Shown one piece after another: positions 1-13,267 of a stretch of 64,000 nucleotides of DNA. Within the stretch, counting starts at the first letter, position 1. The number at the start of each line of letters is the position of its first letter. A model generated the notes under the pieces. That model saw only the letters and a program-made list of their open reading frames with translations, was not told where the DNA came from and ran no database searches. Origin of the DNA: Octopus sinensis (Eukaryota); the NCBI RefSeq assembly GCF_006345805.1, contig NC_043008.1, positions 66,464,001 to 66,528,000 on the forward strand, given 5' to 3'. The translations under genes and the position numbers were made by a program.

Positions 1-7
1 CTCTCTT

Positions 8-56
<49 letters not shown>

Positions 57-530
57 GTGTGTGTGGTGTGTGTGTGTGTGTGTATATATATGTGTGTGTG
101 TGTTATTATATGTGGTTGTGGTTGTGTGTGTATATATATATATGTGTTTGTGTGTGTATATATATGTGTGTGTGTGTGTGTATATATATATATGTGTGTT
201 GTGTATATATATATATGTGTGTGTATATATATGTGTGTGTGTGTATATATGTGTGTGTGTGTGTATAATGGTGTATGTGTATATATATGTGTGTATGTGT
301 ATATATATGTATGTGTATATATATGTGTGTATGTGTATATATATGTGTGTATGTGTATATATATGTGTGTATATATATGTGTGTATGTGTATATATATAT
401 GTGTGTATGTGTATATATATATGTGTGTATATGTATGTGTATATATATGTGTGTATGTGTATATATATATGTGTGTGTGTATATATATATATATGTATGT
501 TGTGTGTGTGTGTGTTTATGTATATATATA
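1..530. repeat. Compound (TA)n/(TG)n microsatellite
   Basis: Direct inspection; source of the V/C/Y/I-only ORFs. Confidence 0.97.
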
Positions 531-1144
531 ATGAGGGATAGATAGATGCACATACGCACAAATACATGTATTTGTATATGCGTGGCTTTATATATAAATA
601 CAAACACACATCCATGAAAATTGATACGATCTGGTCTAAGGACAGAGATGTATGTAAATGTGAGTATATGTATGTTTTGTGTGTGTGTGGAGGGGGTGAT
701 AAATACATCTGTGTATGTATACATACATGCATATATATAAGTATATATATTTGTTTATGTGTGTTTGTGAGTGTGTGTATGTTGTTTATATGTCTTTGTG
801 TATGATGTGTGTATATGTTCAGTGTTTTGGTATAAACAACAAAACGCATAGCTTCATACGCACAGGTGTATAGACCCACATACACATTCATAAAATTTGT
901 GCAAACATTATGATGCATGCTCACCTTCACACACGCACACACACACACACACACACAGGAACATGAAACTTGTCATAAGTCATGAAGTTTTGGTTTCACT
1001 CTATACTTTGTTTATTGTATTGAATATTACTTTGTTTCATCTTGTTTGTAAACACAAACATTTACCTAACTATGTGTTTGTATACATATATAGAAACACA
1101 TACACACATAGATATATTCACCTACGCACATCTCTCTCTCCGCA

Positions 1145-1185
<41 letters not shown>

Positions 1186-1221
1186 CACACACAACACCAC
1201 ACACACATATGTGTATATATA

Positions 1222-1267
<46 letters not shown>

Positions 1268-2765
1268 TTACATACACACACACATATATATGTGTATATA
1301 TATGTATATATATATATATATATATATACACATACACACACACACGCATATATATATACACACACATACATATATATATATACACACATATATGTGTATC
1401 ATCATCATCATTGTTACACATATATATGTGTGTGTGTGTATATATATATACATATATATACACACACACACACATATATATATCACATATATAACATATA
1501 TACCTACATATATATTCTTGATGCTATTCTACATGTGTAATGGTGTAAATACATTTAGAAATGTAGACACTTTCAGAAGTACACACAAATGCCCACGCAC
1601 ATTTAAATACAAATAAACAAACACATATACCCATACATGCATGCATTCACACACACACACACACACACGCATATATATACACCCAAAGATAATGTTACCT
1701 CCACAACTCAACAGTTGCTCATTGGCCACTATTAGTATGTATGTAAAAAAAAAAAAAAAACTTCAATATAGTGTTTCTAATGTGTACATGATGGTGATGA
1801 TGATGATGATAAGGATGTTGATGTCGATAAATGATAAGCAAGTAAGGATTCTTTGTTTCACTCCCACAACATTCTCTGTCTGTCTGTCTGTCTCTGTCTC
1901 TTTCTTTTTGCTCTTCATTATCTGAGCCATAGCTAAGGTAACACTCTTGACAGGAACATCTCTACCAGTCAGAGAGAGATGCCATCCATCCATCCTCTTC
2001 ATCCATATTTGGTTAGCTGATCACCTGATGAATGGGTGAAGTTTGGTGAATGAATGGATGGAGGAATGCATTACTGTGTAGATGGGAAATCAACACACAC
2101 ACACTGTATACATACATACGTACGTACATACATATGTACGTACGTATGTATGTATTGCCCACAATTCTCACAAGCACTTCATGATAGCTCTTGCCGACTT
2201 ACACTATAACTAACCCAGTGGCGATGTCTTGGTACCAAGGGACAAACTCTTAATTAAATCTCCTAGTCTGTTTCATCATGTTTTCACAGCAACCACAAAC
2301 CGGATGTGTCCTTTCACCTCCAGCAATAGAGAGCAGTCACCATATTTAATTCCATATCAGCTACCTCTGATGAGTGTAAGGTTATATAATCAGATTGTCA
2401 CCTAACACTCCATTGTGCTCCTAGCGCAAAACCCGTTGGTATTATTTGTACACTTCAGATAATATACGCACTCTATTGACAAATATATGAGTGCATCTTT
2501 TTCCTGATTTATGAACTTTCAGATGACTTATATATATATATATGTGTGTGTGTGTGAGTATATATATATATATATATATATGTAAAAAGCACCCACTACA
2601 CTCACGGAGTGGTTGGCGTTAGGAAGGGCATCCAGCTGTAGAAACATTGCCAGATTAGACTGGAGCCTGGTGCAGCCTTCTGGCTTCCCAGAACCCCGGT
2701 CGAACCGTCCAACCCATGCTAGCATGGAGAACGGACGTTAAACGATGATGATGATGATGATGATG

Positions 2766-3068
2766 ATATATATATATACTCACACACACACATATAATTA
2801 TTTGCAGGATATTATTGAATTGAGGTATTTTAATAAGGACACCAAGTTACGGTCGAGAATAGCATATCCATGTATCAACATCATCATCATCATCATCGTT
2901 TAACGTCCGCTTTCCATGCTAGCGGACGTTAAACGATGATGATGATGATGATGTTGATACATGGATATGCTATTCTCGACCGTAACTTGGTGTCCTTATT
3001 AAAATACCTCAATTCAATAATATCCTGCAAATAATTATATGTGTGTGTGTGTGAGTATATATATATAT
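2766..3068. repeat. Near-perfect inverted duplication, ~146-bp arms, 9-nt loop
   Basis: 2766-2911 is the reverse complement of 2921-3068 except for one CA unit; loop ttccatgct. Confidence 0.93.
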
Positions 3069-6000
3069 ATATATATAAACGTAACGTCATCCTTTTCAAG
3101 CCTAGCCAGGCTCATGGGCCCAGATTTCCGGTTTCTGTGGCGTGTGTGTTCCCCCCAGCTGGACGGGATGCTAGTCCATTGCAGCATTACTCAAGAAACA
3201 GGAAGAGAGAGTAAGAGAAAGTTGTGGTGGAAGAGTACAACAGGGGTCACCACCACTTGCTCCCAGAGCCTCACGGAGCTTTTAGGTGTTTTCACTCAAT
3301 AAACACACAGAACATCCAGTCTGGGAATCGAAACCGCGATCCTTCGACTGCAAGTCCGCTACCCTAACCATTGGGCCATTGTGCCTCCATGTATCAACAG
3401 TATATTTGGCCTATATTAATGTGCATATATGGATTTGTCTTGCCACTTAAGTACACATGTACACGAACAGATCAATATACAAATACATGTATTTGTAAAA
3501 TCACACACAGACATATTCCGGTATGTATTTTCATGGTTCACTTAAGTTCCAGATCCAATGTAGGAAAGATTTCAGGTATGGTATAAAATAAGTAAGAACA
3601 GATTTGTTTTCCTGCTTATATATCAAGAATATACCAGCAGCATCGCTTAAACAACCTTAACAGTAGATTCAGAATTCATCCAATGCTGGGGCCATGTGTT
3701 ATATGCCCCTTATTCAGGTTCATGACACATAAATTCACTGCAGAAAAACTTCTTTTCCTCAACAGGCCCTGCTCTATTTAACAATATCTCAAAATAAATC
3801 AAAGAAGGAAAGCATCCTATCATAGGCTACCAATACTGGAATACATCTTAGTCAACAACAAGCTCCTACTTGAATGGGCCATAATACCACAAAACTTGAC
3901 TTTAAAATGATTTAATAGATCCTGTCAGGTGGTGTTATTGAGACATGGCCTGGACCAGTCTTTGACCAAAACATACCTTTTATATGAAGTGCAGGCATGG
4001 CTGTGTGGTGGCAAGCTGGCAGAAACGTTAGCACGCCGGGCAAAATGCTTAGCAGTATTTCGTCTGCTGTTACGTTCTGAGTTCAAATTCCGCCAAGGTC
4101 GACTTTGCCTTTCATCCTTTCGGGGCCGATAAATTAAGTACCAGTTACGCACTGGGGTCAATGTAATCGACTTAATACCTTTGTCTGTCCTTGTTTGTCC
4201 CTTCTGTGTGTAGCCCCTTGTGGGCAATAAAGAAATAAGAAGCTTGCTTCGCAACTACATGGCAGTGTTCCTTTAAGGTGGTGCTTCTTCAAGGCAGTGC
4301 TTTGGCATGGCCACAGTCAGATGACTGAAACAAGTAAAAGAATGAAAGAATAAAAGAATATAAAATGGCTATATAAGGATAAATTATTCAGGTGGGTACT
4401 ATAATAGCTCTCAGGTATATTTCAGGTTTCTGCTAACTGCATCAAGTAGTAATAAACATCAGTGATCATTTAGTATGGGAAATTCCATGGTAATTCTTCT
4501 GATGGGTAAATCCAGGTTTGTTTCTCTGGATTACAATTACTTTTGGGAGTGTAAATTTCAAACAATTACAAAGAATATGAAGACTGGTACATCACCAAAT
4601 TTTTCTTTTAATTTAACTGTTAGTTATACAGCATAATTAGCTAGTTAAAATGACCAACATATGTTTCTGCTGCACAGAGTATGTACCAGGCTTAAAGAAA
4701 TATGTACTGGGATTGATTCATTCAACTAAAAGGCAGTGAGCTGGCAGAATCGTTAGCGTGTTGGACGAAATACTTAGCGGTATTTCACCCGTCACTACGT
4801 TCTGAGTTCAAATTCTGCCGAGGGTGACTTTGCCTTTCATCCTTTCAGGGTCGATAAATTAAGTACCAGTTATGCACTGAGGTTAATGTAATCGACTAGT
4901 CCCCTCCCCCCACCAAATTTCAAGCCTTGTGCCTATATTAGAAAGGATTCATTCAACTGAAAAGTCAATGTGGTGTCCCAACATGGCTGCTGTCTTATGA
5001 CTGAAACAAGTAAAAGATAAAAGATATATATATATATATATTTTGCATGGAAAGTGGACATTAAACAATGATGATATATATATACACACACACGCACACA
5101 CACATATATATCTGTATAAAAAATTTATACATAAATACATGCATTTTTATGTACAAAACATGGCAGGAAGTGCATTATTCAGCCATAGAAAATCTGCCTC
5201 AATGAATTACATCAGACATGTATAAGCATGGATAAATGGACATTAAATGATAATATATATAAAAGCTAAATGCCTTTCATGGCACCAACCTTTTCTTGTT
5301 TCCAAGCAAGGTAATATATCCCCGAGGCCGGACATGTTTTGTGCAGAATATTGGAAATGAATGGCATTCATTTACAACACTCATGCAATATCGAAGACAT
5401 TTTCTGGGAGACACTGAAGGTTCATTTTTCTAGGCTGCCCTACATTCAGTTTCCAGACCACAGATAATAAATACAAACAACCAGCCAACTTAATGATGGT
5501 TAAATCATTCAATCTTCTTTCAATTCCGTCTGTCTTCTCTTGAATTTTCTATTACATATTTCAAATTTTTATTATAATCTACTGATTATTTGGGTGGGGA
5601 GAAAATTGTAAAAACAACCAACTTTAAGCCAAACACTCCATCTCTTTACACTTACTAGATGTTTCCCTGGCAGCCGAATTAAACTGCCACAAAGCATGAT
5701 GTCTGATAGAAGTCTCAATAGTTCTGCAAATACCATTCTTCCTTTGTTTTATTCAGGTTATCCAGTTGAACCAATTCTTTCATTTATTTATTGAAAACAA
5801 TGTAATTGCAGCATTGTATTCTGTGCATGTTTAGAAATTAGGTTGTGTATGTGTGCCTGCATGTATGTGTGTATGTGTATTAAATTGTGTGTGTACATGT
5901 ATATGTCCATTTATGTACAATATGAGCAAACACATAACTATATGTATATATAGCATATATGTATGTTTTTTTCTACTTAAGTCTACAAACAATGTACACA

Positions 6001-6593
6001 CACACACACACACATGTACAAGTATATATATATGTGAATAATTCATACATGTGTATTTTGTGTCTACAATATGAACACATACACAATAGCATTGCAATGT
6101 GGGAATAATACATATGTCTGTATATGCTTGTCTGTACAAGTGCATACATGCAATTATGTGTCCTGCACATATTTTCTTTCTGCATTATGAACACACACAC
6201 GCATGAGTATTTTTCTGTTCTAGTATCGCCTTCATCAATGCACTCACCACATTTATCCATATTGATGTGGTTGAGATATTGCTCCAATTGGTTTGGTTTT
6301 AGACCAAAGAAACACCCATTAATCATTCTGTATTGGATTAAAATGCCACTACTAAATATTCGTCAATAGAACAGCCACAGGTTGTCCTTGACATTCCACT
6401 GTTTAACCATTTTGATACCAACCCACCTGAGACTGTTCCTGGTTCTTTGGTACAAACTTCTTGTTTTTTAAGTGGTTTAAATTAAAAGCCTTTCATTAAA
6501 ACTATGTTAATCTATGTTCCAAACATTAGCTTAATAATGATGAAGATATTTTACTAAATTCATTATTTTCTAAAGTAACTGAAACAAAAGCAG

Positions 6594-6852
6594 TGTGTTC
6601 TGTTGTGTCTTGGGAGAGTAATTTTCTTTTTGTGCCTTATAATTTAACACACTCACCGGTTAAATTTCCACTTATTTCTTATTTTTATTTTCCTAAAATT
6701 TTCATTGTGTCTTGACTACTGAAAAGGTTGCAAGACGCAACGAAAATTTTAGGAAAATAAAAATAAGAAATAAGTGGAAATTTTACCGGTGAGTGTATTA
6801 AATTATAAGACACAAAAAGAAAATGACTCTCCCCAAACACAACAGAATATGC
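6594..6852. mobile_element. Near-perfect ~260-bp palindromic (fold-back/MITE-like) element
   Basis: Arms of over 100 bp (gggagagtaattttctttttgtg...cattgtgtcttg / caagacgcaacg...cacaaaaagaaaatgactctccc) around a ~16-nt loop. Confidence 0.85.
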
Positions 6853-6938
6853 TTCAACACATGAACTCATATAAAGAATCTTGCAAACCAAATCCAAAAA
6901 CGAAAAGCAATGTGCTTCATCAAAAATACGGCTTTTGC

Positions 6939-6994
<56 letters not shown>

Positions 6995-7974
6995 CTCTCT
7001 TACACACACACATGCATACACAGTGGAAAACTACTAGAAACGTAAAGTCAGACTAATAAATCTTGTGGACTGCTTGAATATACATCAATGCACACATACT
7101 CAAACACATGCATAGAGAAATACATTATTTCATTTTACACAACACACACACACAGAAACACTTGAGACCAAAAGTTGAAGTGATATGACTCTGGCAAACT
7201 GCTTGTCTCTACAATATACAAGACACAGATTTATATTACCCTCTCTTTCGAAAAATTAATTCATGTCAAACGATAATTTCGTTGTCTTGCACTCCTCTTC
7301 ATTACCATTGTTGCTATCAATTTATTATCATCACACCAGAAACATGGCAAGGTGACAGGATCGTTAGCACGCTGGACAAAATGCTTGGACAAAAGTTTGA
7401 CCCCAGCAGGACTTGAGCACAGAACGTAAAAGGCTGGAAGAAGGGCTGCAAAGTATTTTGTCCGATGTGCCAAAGATTCTGCCAGCTCACCACCTTAATA
7501 ATATTAATAATCCTTTCTACTATAAATGCAAGGCTTAAAATTCTTATTTCTTTATTGCCCACAAGGGGCTAAATGTAGAGGGGACGAACAAATACAGACA
7601 AAGGGATTAAATTGATTACATTAACCCCAGTGTGTAACTGGTACTTAATTTATCGACCCCGAAAGAATGAAAGGCAAAGTCGATCTCGGCAGAATTTGAA
7701 CTCAGAACATAATGGCAGATGAAATACCACTAAGCATTTCGCCCAGCGTGCTAATGTTTCTACCAGCTCGCCGCCTAAAATTCTTGGTGAGTGGGTGGGC
7801 TAATTGATTACATTGATCCCAGTGCTTGAGGCACTGTAGGTGTTGGACTCTTGATCGTAAGATTGTGGTTTCAATTCCTGGACCGGGTGGTGCATTGTGT
7901 TCTTGAGTTAAACACTTCATTCCACGTTGCTCCAGTCCACTCAGCTGGCAAAAATGAGTAATCCTGCAACGGAC

Positions 7975-8861
7975 CAGCATCCCTTCCAGGTGGGAATTTA
8001 TATGCCATAGAAACTGGGAAACCAGCCCTTATGAGTCAGCATGACTCAAGAAATAACTTTACAGTGCTTCACCATTACTTATTTTATTGATCCCAATGGG
8101 ATAAAAGGCAAAATTAACCTCTGTGGCATTGAACACATACACACACACACACACAATGGATTTCTTTCAGTTCTCTCCACTAAATCCACTCACAAGGCTT
8201 TGGCTCATCTGGTGCTCTAGTTGAAGACACTGTCCAAGATGCAGCACAATTGGACTGAATCTAAAACAGCATCCCTTCCAGGTGGGAATTTATATGCCAT
8301 AGAAACTGGGAAACCAGCCCTTATGAGTCAGCATGACTCAAGAAATAACTTTACAGTGCTTCACCATTACTTATTTTATTGATCCCAATGGGATAAAAGC
8401 AAAATTAACCTCTGTGGCATTTGAACACATACACACACACACACACACAATGGATTTCTTTCAGTTTCTCTCCACTAAATCCACTCACAAGGCTTTGGCT
8501 CATCTGGTGCTCTAGTTGAAGACACTTGTCCAAGATGCAGCACAATTGGACTGAATCTAAAACAGCATCCCTTCCAGGTGGGAATTTATATGCCATAGAA
8601 ACTGGGAAACCAGCCCTTATGAGTCAGCATGACTCAAGAAATAACTTTACAGTGCTTCACCATTACTTATTTTATTGATCCCAATGGGATAAAAGGCAAA
8701 ATTAACCTCTGTGGCATTTGAACACATACACACACACACACACACACAATGGATTTCTTTCAGTTTCTCTCCACTAAATCCACTCACAAGGCTTTGGCTC
8801 ATCTGGTGCTCTAGTTGAAGACACTTGTCCAAGATGCAGCACAATTGGACTGAATCTAAAA
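7975..8861. repeat. Tandem triplication of a ~295-bp unit made of SINE fragments
   Basis: Units start at 7975, 8267 and 8563 (292, 296 and 299 bp); differences are single-base indels and (CA)n length. Confidence 0.95.
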
Positions 8862-10566
8862 CTAGGTGTTTAGGAAGCAAATTTTTCTAACCATAAGCCA
8901 AGCTTGCACCTATATGTAGAGGACTTTCAACACAATAGAAAACACAAAAGCCAAAGAAAACACTGAACATACACAAAGTTCACATAACTGTACCTGATTG
9001 CACTGGAAAAATACATAATAAAAATAAGATTATTGAAAAATAACAAAACCTTGGATTTGATTCATTGACAATAGTTACAGCTTTATCCTCACTACTACAG
9101 AAAACAGATATATCCACTCAAAATTTCAGAAACCTTAAGTGTGGAAAGATGTTTTATAAACCAATCTAGCTTTTGTTAATGGATATCATGTTTGAAATTA
9201 TCTTCCGTTGAGATATGATGTCAAGTTTATTGAGGCAATGGTTTTTTTTTCCTTTTGTTTTATCTTTTTATTTATTTATCTATTTATTTATTTTTTGTAC
9301 ATATTTAACAGTAATCCTGGATTAAACGGGAAATTTGATTTCACAGTGAGAAGCTTAATTATGGCTAGTGTCTGTTGTTTCTGGCAATATGAAAGATCTT
9401 AGGATTAATTTAAAACACCTTGGATTGTTCTAGTCCCGATCTCCCTGGGTCATAGAAAAATGATAATCAATACATCTGAGAGAGTAAATACCAGTTGCAA
9501 AGAGTGACCAAGAGAGTTAGTAATGCTTGACTCAAAGGCCTTAATAGAATTCTACCCACTACATTTGTGATGTTTGCTGGGTGGTCATCAACTCTTTGTT
9601 TAGTTTATCCACTCGTGTAGATAGGTTGATGAACACAGTAATTAGTTAATAAACTAATTTCTTAACTACATGTTTATGATTGTACTTATCTTATCTAGTT
9701 CAGAAGGATAAAAGCCAAAGATGACCATCCCAGTTGAGATAAACTATTATTTCCAGTGTGATGACAATTCTTTCTACTATAGGCACAAGAAGGTGCCAAT
9801 TTGGAAGAATTGTTAGCATGCCAGGCAGAATTCTTAGCAACACTTCATCCATCTTTATGTTCTGAGTTCAAATTCCGCCTAGACTTTGCCTTTCATTTTT
9901 TTCAAAGTTGATAAAGTAAGTACCAGTCGAGCACCTGGGTCTACGTAATTTCAGGTATTGTGCCCATAATAGAAAGGATATTAGCGGTGATAGTAAAAGT
10001 TATTCAGTTCGGAAGGCAGCAAGCTGGTAGAATCATTAGCATGCTGGACAAAATGCTTAGCAGCATTTCGTCATCTTAACGTTCATCATCATTCTGAGTT
10101 GAAATTCCACCAAGGTTGACTTTGTCTCTCATCCTTTTTCAGGGTCAATAAAATACCCACCAGCTGAGTATTGTGGTCAATGTAATTGATCAGCCACCAA
10201 ACTCCAAACTTGCTGGCCTTGTGCCAAAATTTGAAATTAATATTTCTTTTGACTCGTTACATTCTGAGTTCAAATTCCACTGAGATCAACTTTGCCTTTT
10301 ATTCTTTCAGGGTCGATAAAGTAAGTACCAGTTGAGTACTGGGGTCAGTATAATCAACTTACTCCACTCCTCTGAAATTGCTGTGTGCCAAAATTTTATA
10401 CCATTGTTATCATTGCAGTGCATTGAGAGAATCAAGAGAGCAATGGACAAACTGTCCTGCAGTATTTGAGTTCAAGTTTTGCTGAGGTCAACTTTTCCAT
10501 GGGTGGGTGGGGGGATAAAGTAAAAGTAGCAATCAAATAGAGGGAGAGGAGGGGGGAGTCAGTTGA

Positions 10567-10890
<324 letters not shown>

Positions 10891-13036
10891 TAAGTATGAA
10901 TCAAAGAATTATTTTCTGTTATGCAAGAAAGTCTGGTTAATTCCTTCTTTTACCATATTTCTATTGAACTGCATTGCTTATTTAGGAAAATAATGAAGAG
11001 TTTAATAAAAGAACTTAATCATTATCAATTTGGTGCTTGGAACATGAAATTCTGACAGAAGGTTTTTAATTCAAATAATTTTTTTTAAATGCTTGCCTCA
11101 TAGAACTAGGGACAATTTTAGATGGGTTGCTATCAATGGGGTCAACCTCTTTTTTACCATTATACAGAGCTTTCATTCATTTAATTTTGAAAGTAATAAA
11201 GAATTTAGTAAAATAACTTTGTCATTGTTAAACTGATGTTTGAAAGGACATGAAGGTTTAAAACAAAGTTTGTATCGTAGAAGTAAAAGTGGTAATCTCT
11301 AATCGGTTGGTTAATAGTATGTGCAAGTTTGGTTATGTTTGTATGCTAGGGGAATTAAGAAATAACTAAATCCTGATATTTTCAGCAAAAACCTTCATCA
11401 AGGAATTTATTTTTCTTTTCTTAGACTGTGCTTTTTATTTAACAGTGTGTGTTTGGTTGATTCAAATACCTGTATTCTATATGAAAAAAAAATGTATCTG
11501 TATAGCTAATATATCTTTAAAGTAAAGGGTAAAGATCCCCTTTGGTCATGAAGGACCATGGCATTGCACCAAGAAAGTTTCCCTCCAAGACACAAGTCCA
11601 GGCAAGGTTGTTTATGGAAGACCAGTAGTCACCCACGCCACCAATGTTATCCAAAGGAAAGACAAAGGCCGATGCACCTTGGCACCAGTGACATTGCAAC
11701 ACATTTCTACAGCTGAGTGAACAGGAGCAACATGAAATAAAGTGTCTTGCTCAAGAATACAACAAACAGCCTGATGCTCTAACCACTGAAGCATTGTAAA
11801 CTTTGATCCAAAGTTTCATGAGTTTAATGTGTACCTTGCTTACCCTGTTTGTCTTTCATACAAACAGTTTTACTCAACACATAACAACACAATACAATGA
11901 TATCTTTAAAGTCAACAAGGTATCCACTAAGTGGTCACTCAACTTTCTTGAAATAGCAGCCATATCTTCATAAAATAACACTTATCTCTAAAATTCCCTA
12001 GTGTGAGTAATATCACAGAATTGGTTGAGTATTAGTCAAAATAAAATGCTCTGCAGTACCCAGTTGTATCCCTTTACACCATGTGTTCAAATCCCACTGT
12101 TGCCAATTGGCTTGCATGCAGTTTCTGATGACTAAACTATTTTTACAAGTCACTGATCAATCCTGGCTGTGTTAGAAGACAGCTTGCAGTTCTTGGGGTA
12201 GATTTATGAGCTGTATTCCAAATTTTCATGGCTGCAGTGTAAACTATACAATTACTCCAATCATCATCATCATTGTTTTAATGTCCACTTTCCCATGCTT
12301 GCATGGGTCAGATAGAATTTGTTGAGGCAGATTTTCTACAGCCAGATGAGCTTCCAGTCACCAAAACCCTCATCTATTTCCCCATGACCAAGCATGCTTT
12401 TACAGAATTTTGGAAACAAAGGACACTGCTTGTATGACATTCATGTACGACTACCATGAAAGGTCCAGGCATGGAGACAGCAACACGTTCACACACATTC
12501 TCAAACATTTACATGCATGCTTGTTTGCAGGTATACATGCATACATACACATTCACACATACATACATTCACACATACGTACATACATACACACATATAC
12601 ATACATACACATGCATACCTACACACACACACACAACACACACACACACACAACTTCTGACCAGATAGCCACACTTCGACCTATATATAATTATTCAGAT
12701 ACAAATTTATTTTAATAAGGAAATGAAACTGGGAAAACAAGTTTGTTGTTAATTAATTAAATTGAATTAATGAGTTGTTAGTTCTTTGAAAAGAGTGGGA
12801 GCTCTACAGGAAAATTCATTTAAAATCCTTTTGTTACAAAATCTCAGTTGAAATTCAATTAGTTCTGAAAATAAGGAAGAATATAGTAAAATAACTTTAT
12901 TGTTAAGCTGGTGTATGAATCATAAATTAGCATGAAATTTTTATGGGAGATTTTAATCTAGATAATTTTAAAATAGGAACATTGTATCATAGAACCAAGA
13001 ATGGTCCCAGATAGGTTGGTATCAAAAGAGTTAGAA

Positions 13037-13267
13037 GGCGGCGAGTTGGCAGAAACGTTAGCATGCCGGGCGAAATGCTTAGCGGTATTTCGTCTGCCGT
13101 TACATTCTGAGTTCAAATTCTGCCGAGGTCGACTTTGCCTTTCATCCTTTCGGGGTTGATTAAATAAGTACCAGTTACACACTGGGGTTGATGTAATCAA
13201 CTTAATCTATTTGTCTGTCCTTGTTTGTCCCCTCTATGTTTAGCCTCTTGTAGGTAATAAAGAAACA
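13037..13267 (+). mobile_element. SINE family A, representative copy with 16-bp TSD. Further copies at about 4010, 4733, 7550(-), 10015, 22445(-), 29730, 37868, 40128, 43000, 45270, 48345(-) and 60425
   Basis: Head ggcggcgagttggcagaaacgttagc with a B-box-like gagttcaaattc; tail agccccttgtgggcaataaagaaa. TSD ggtatcaaaagagtta at 13018-33 and 13268-83. Confidence 0.9.
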
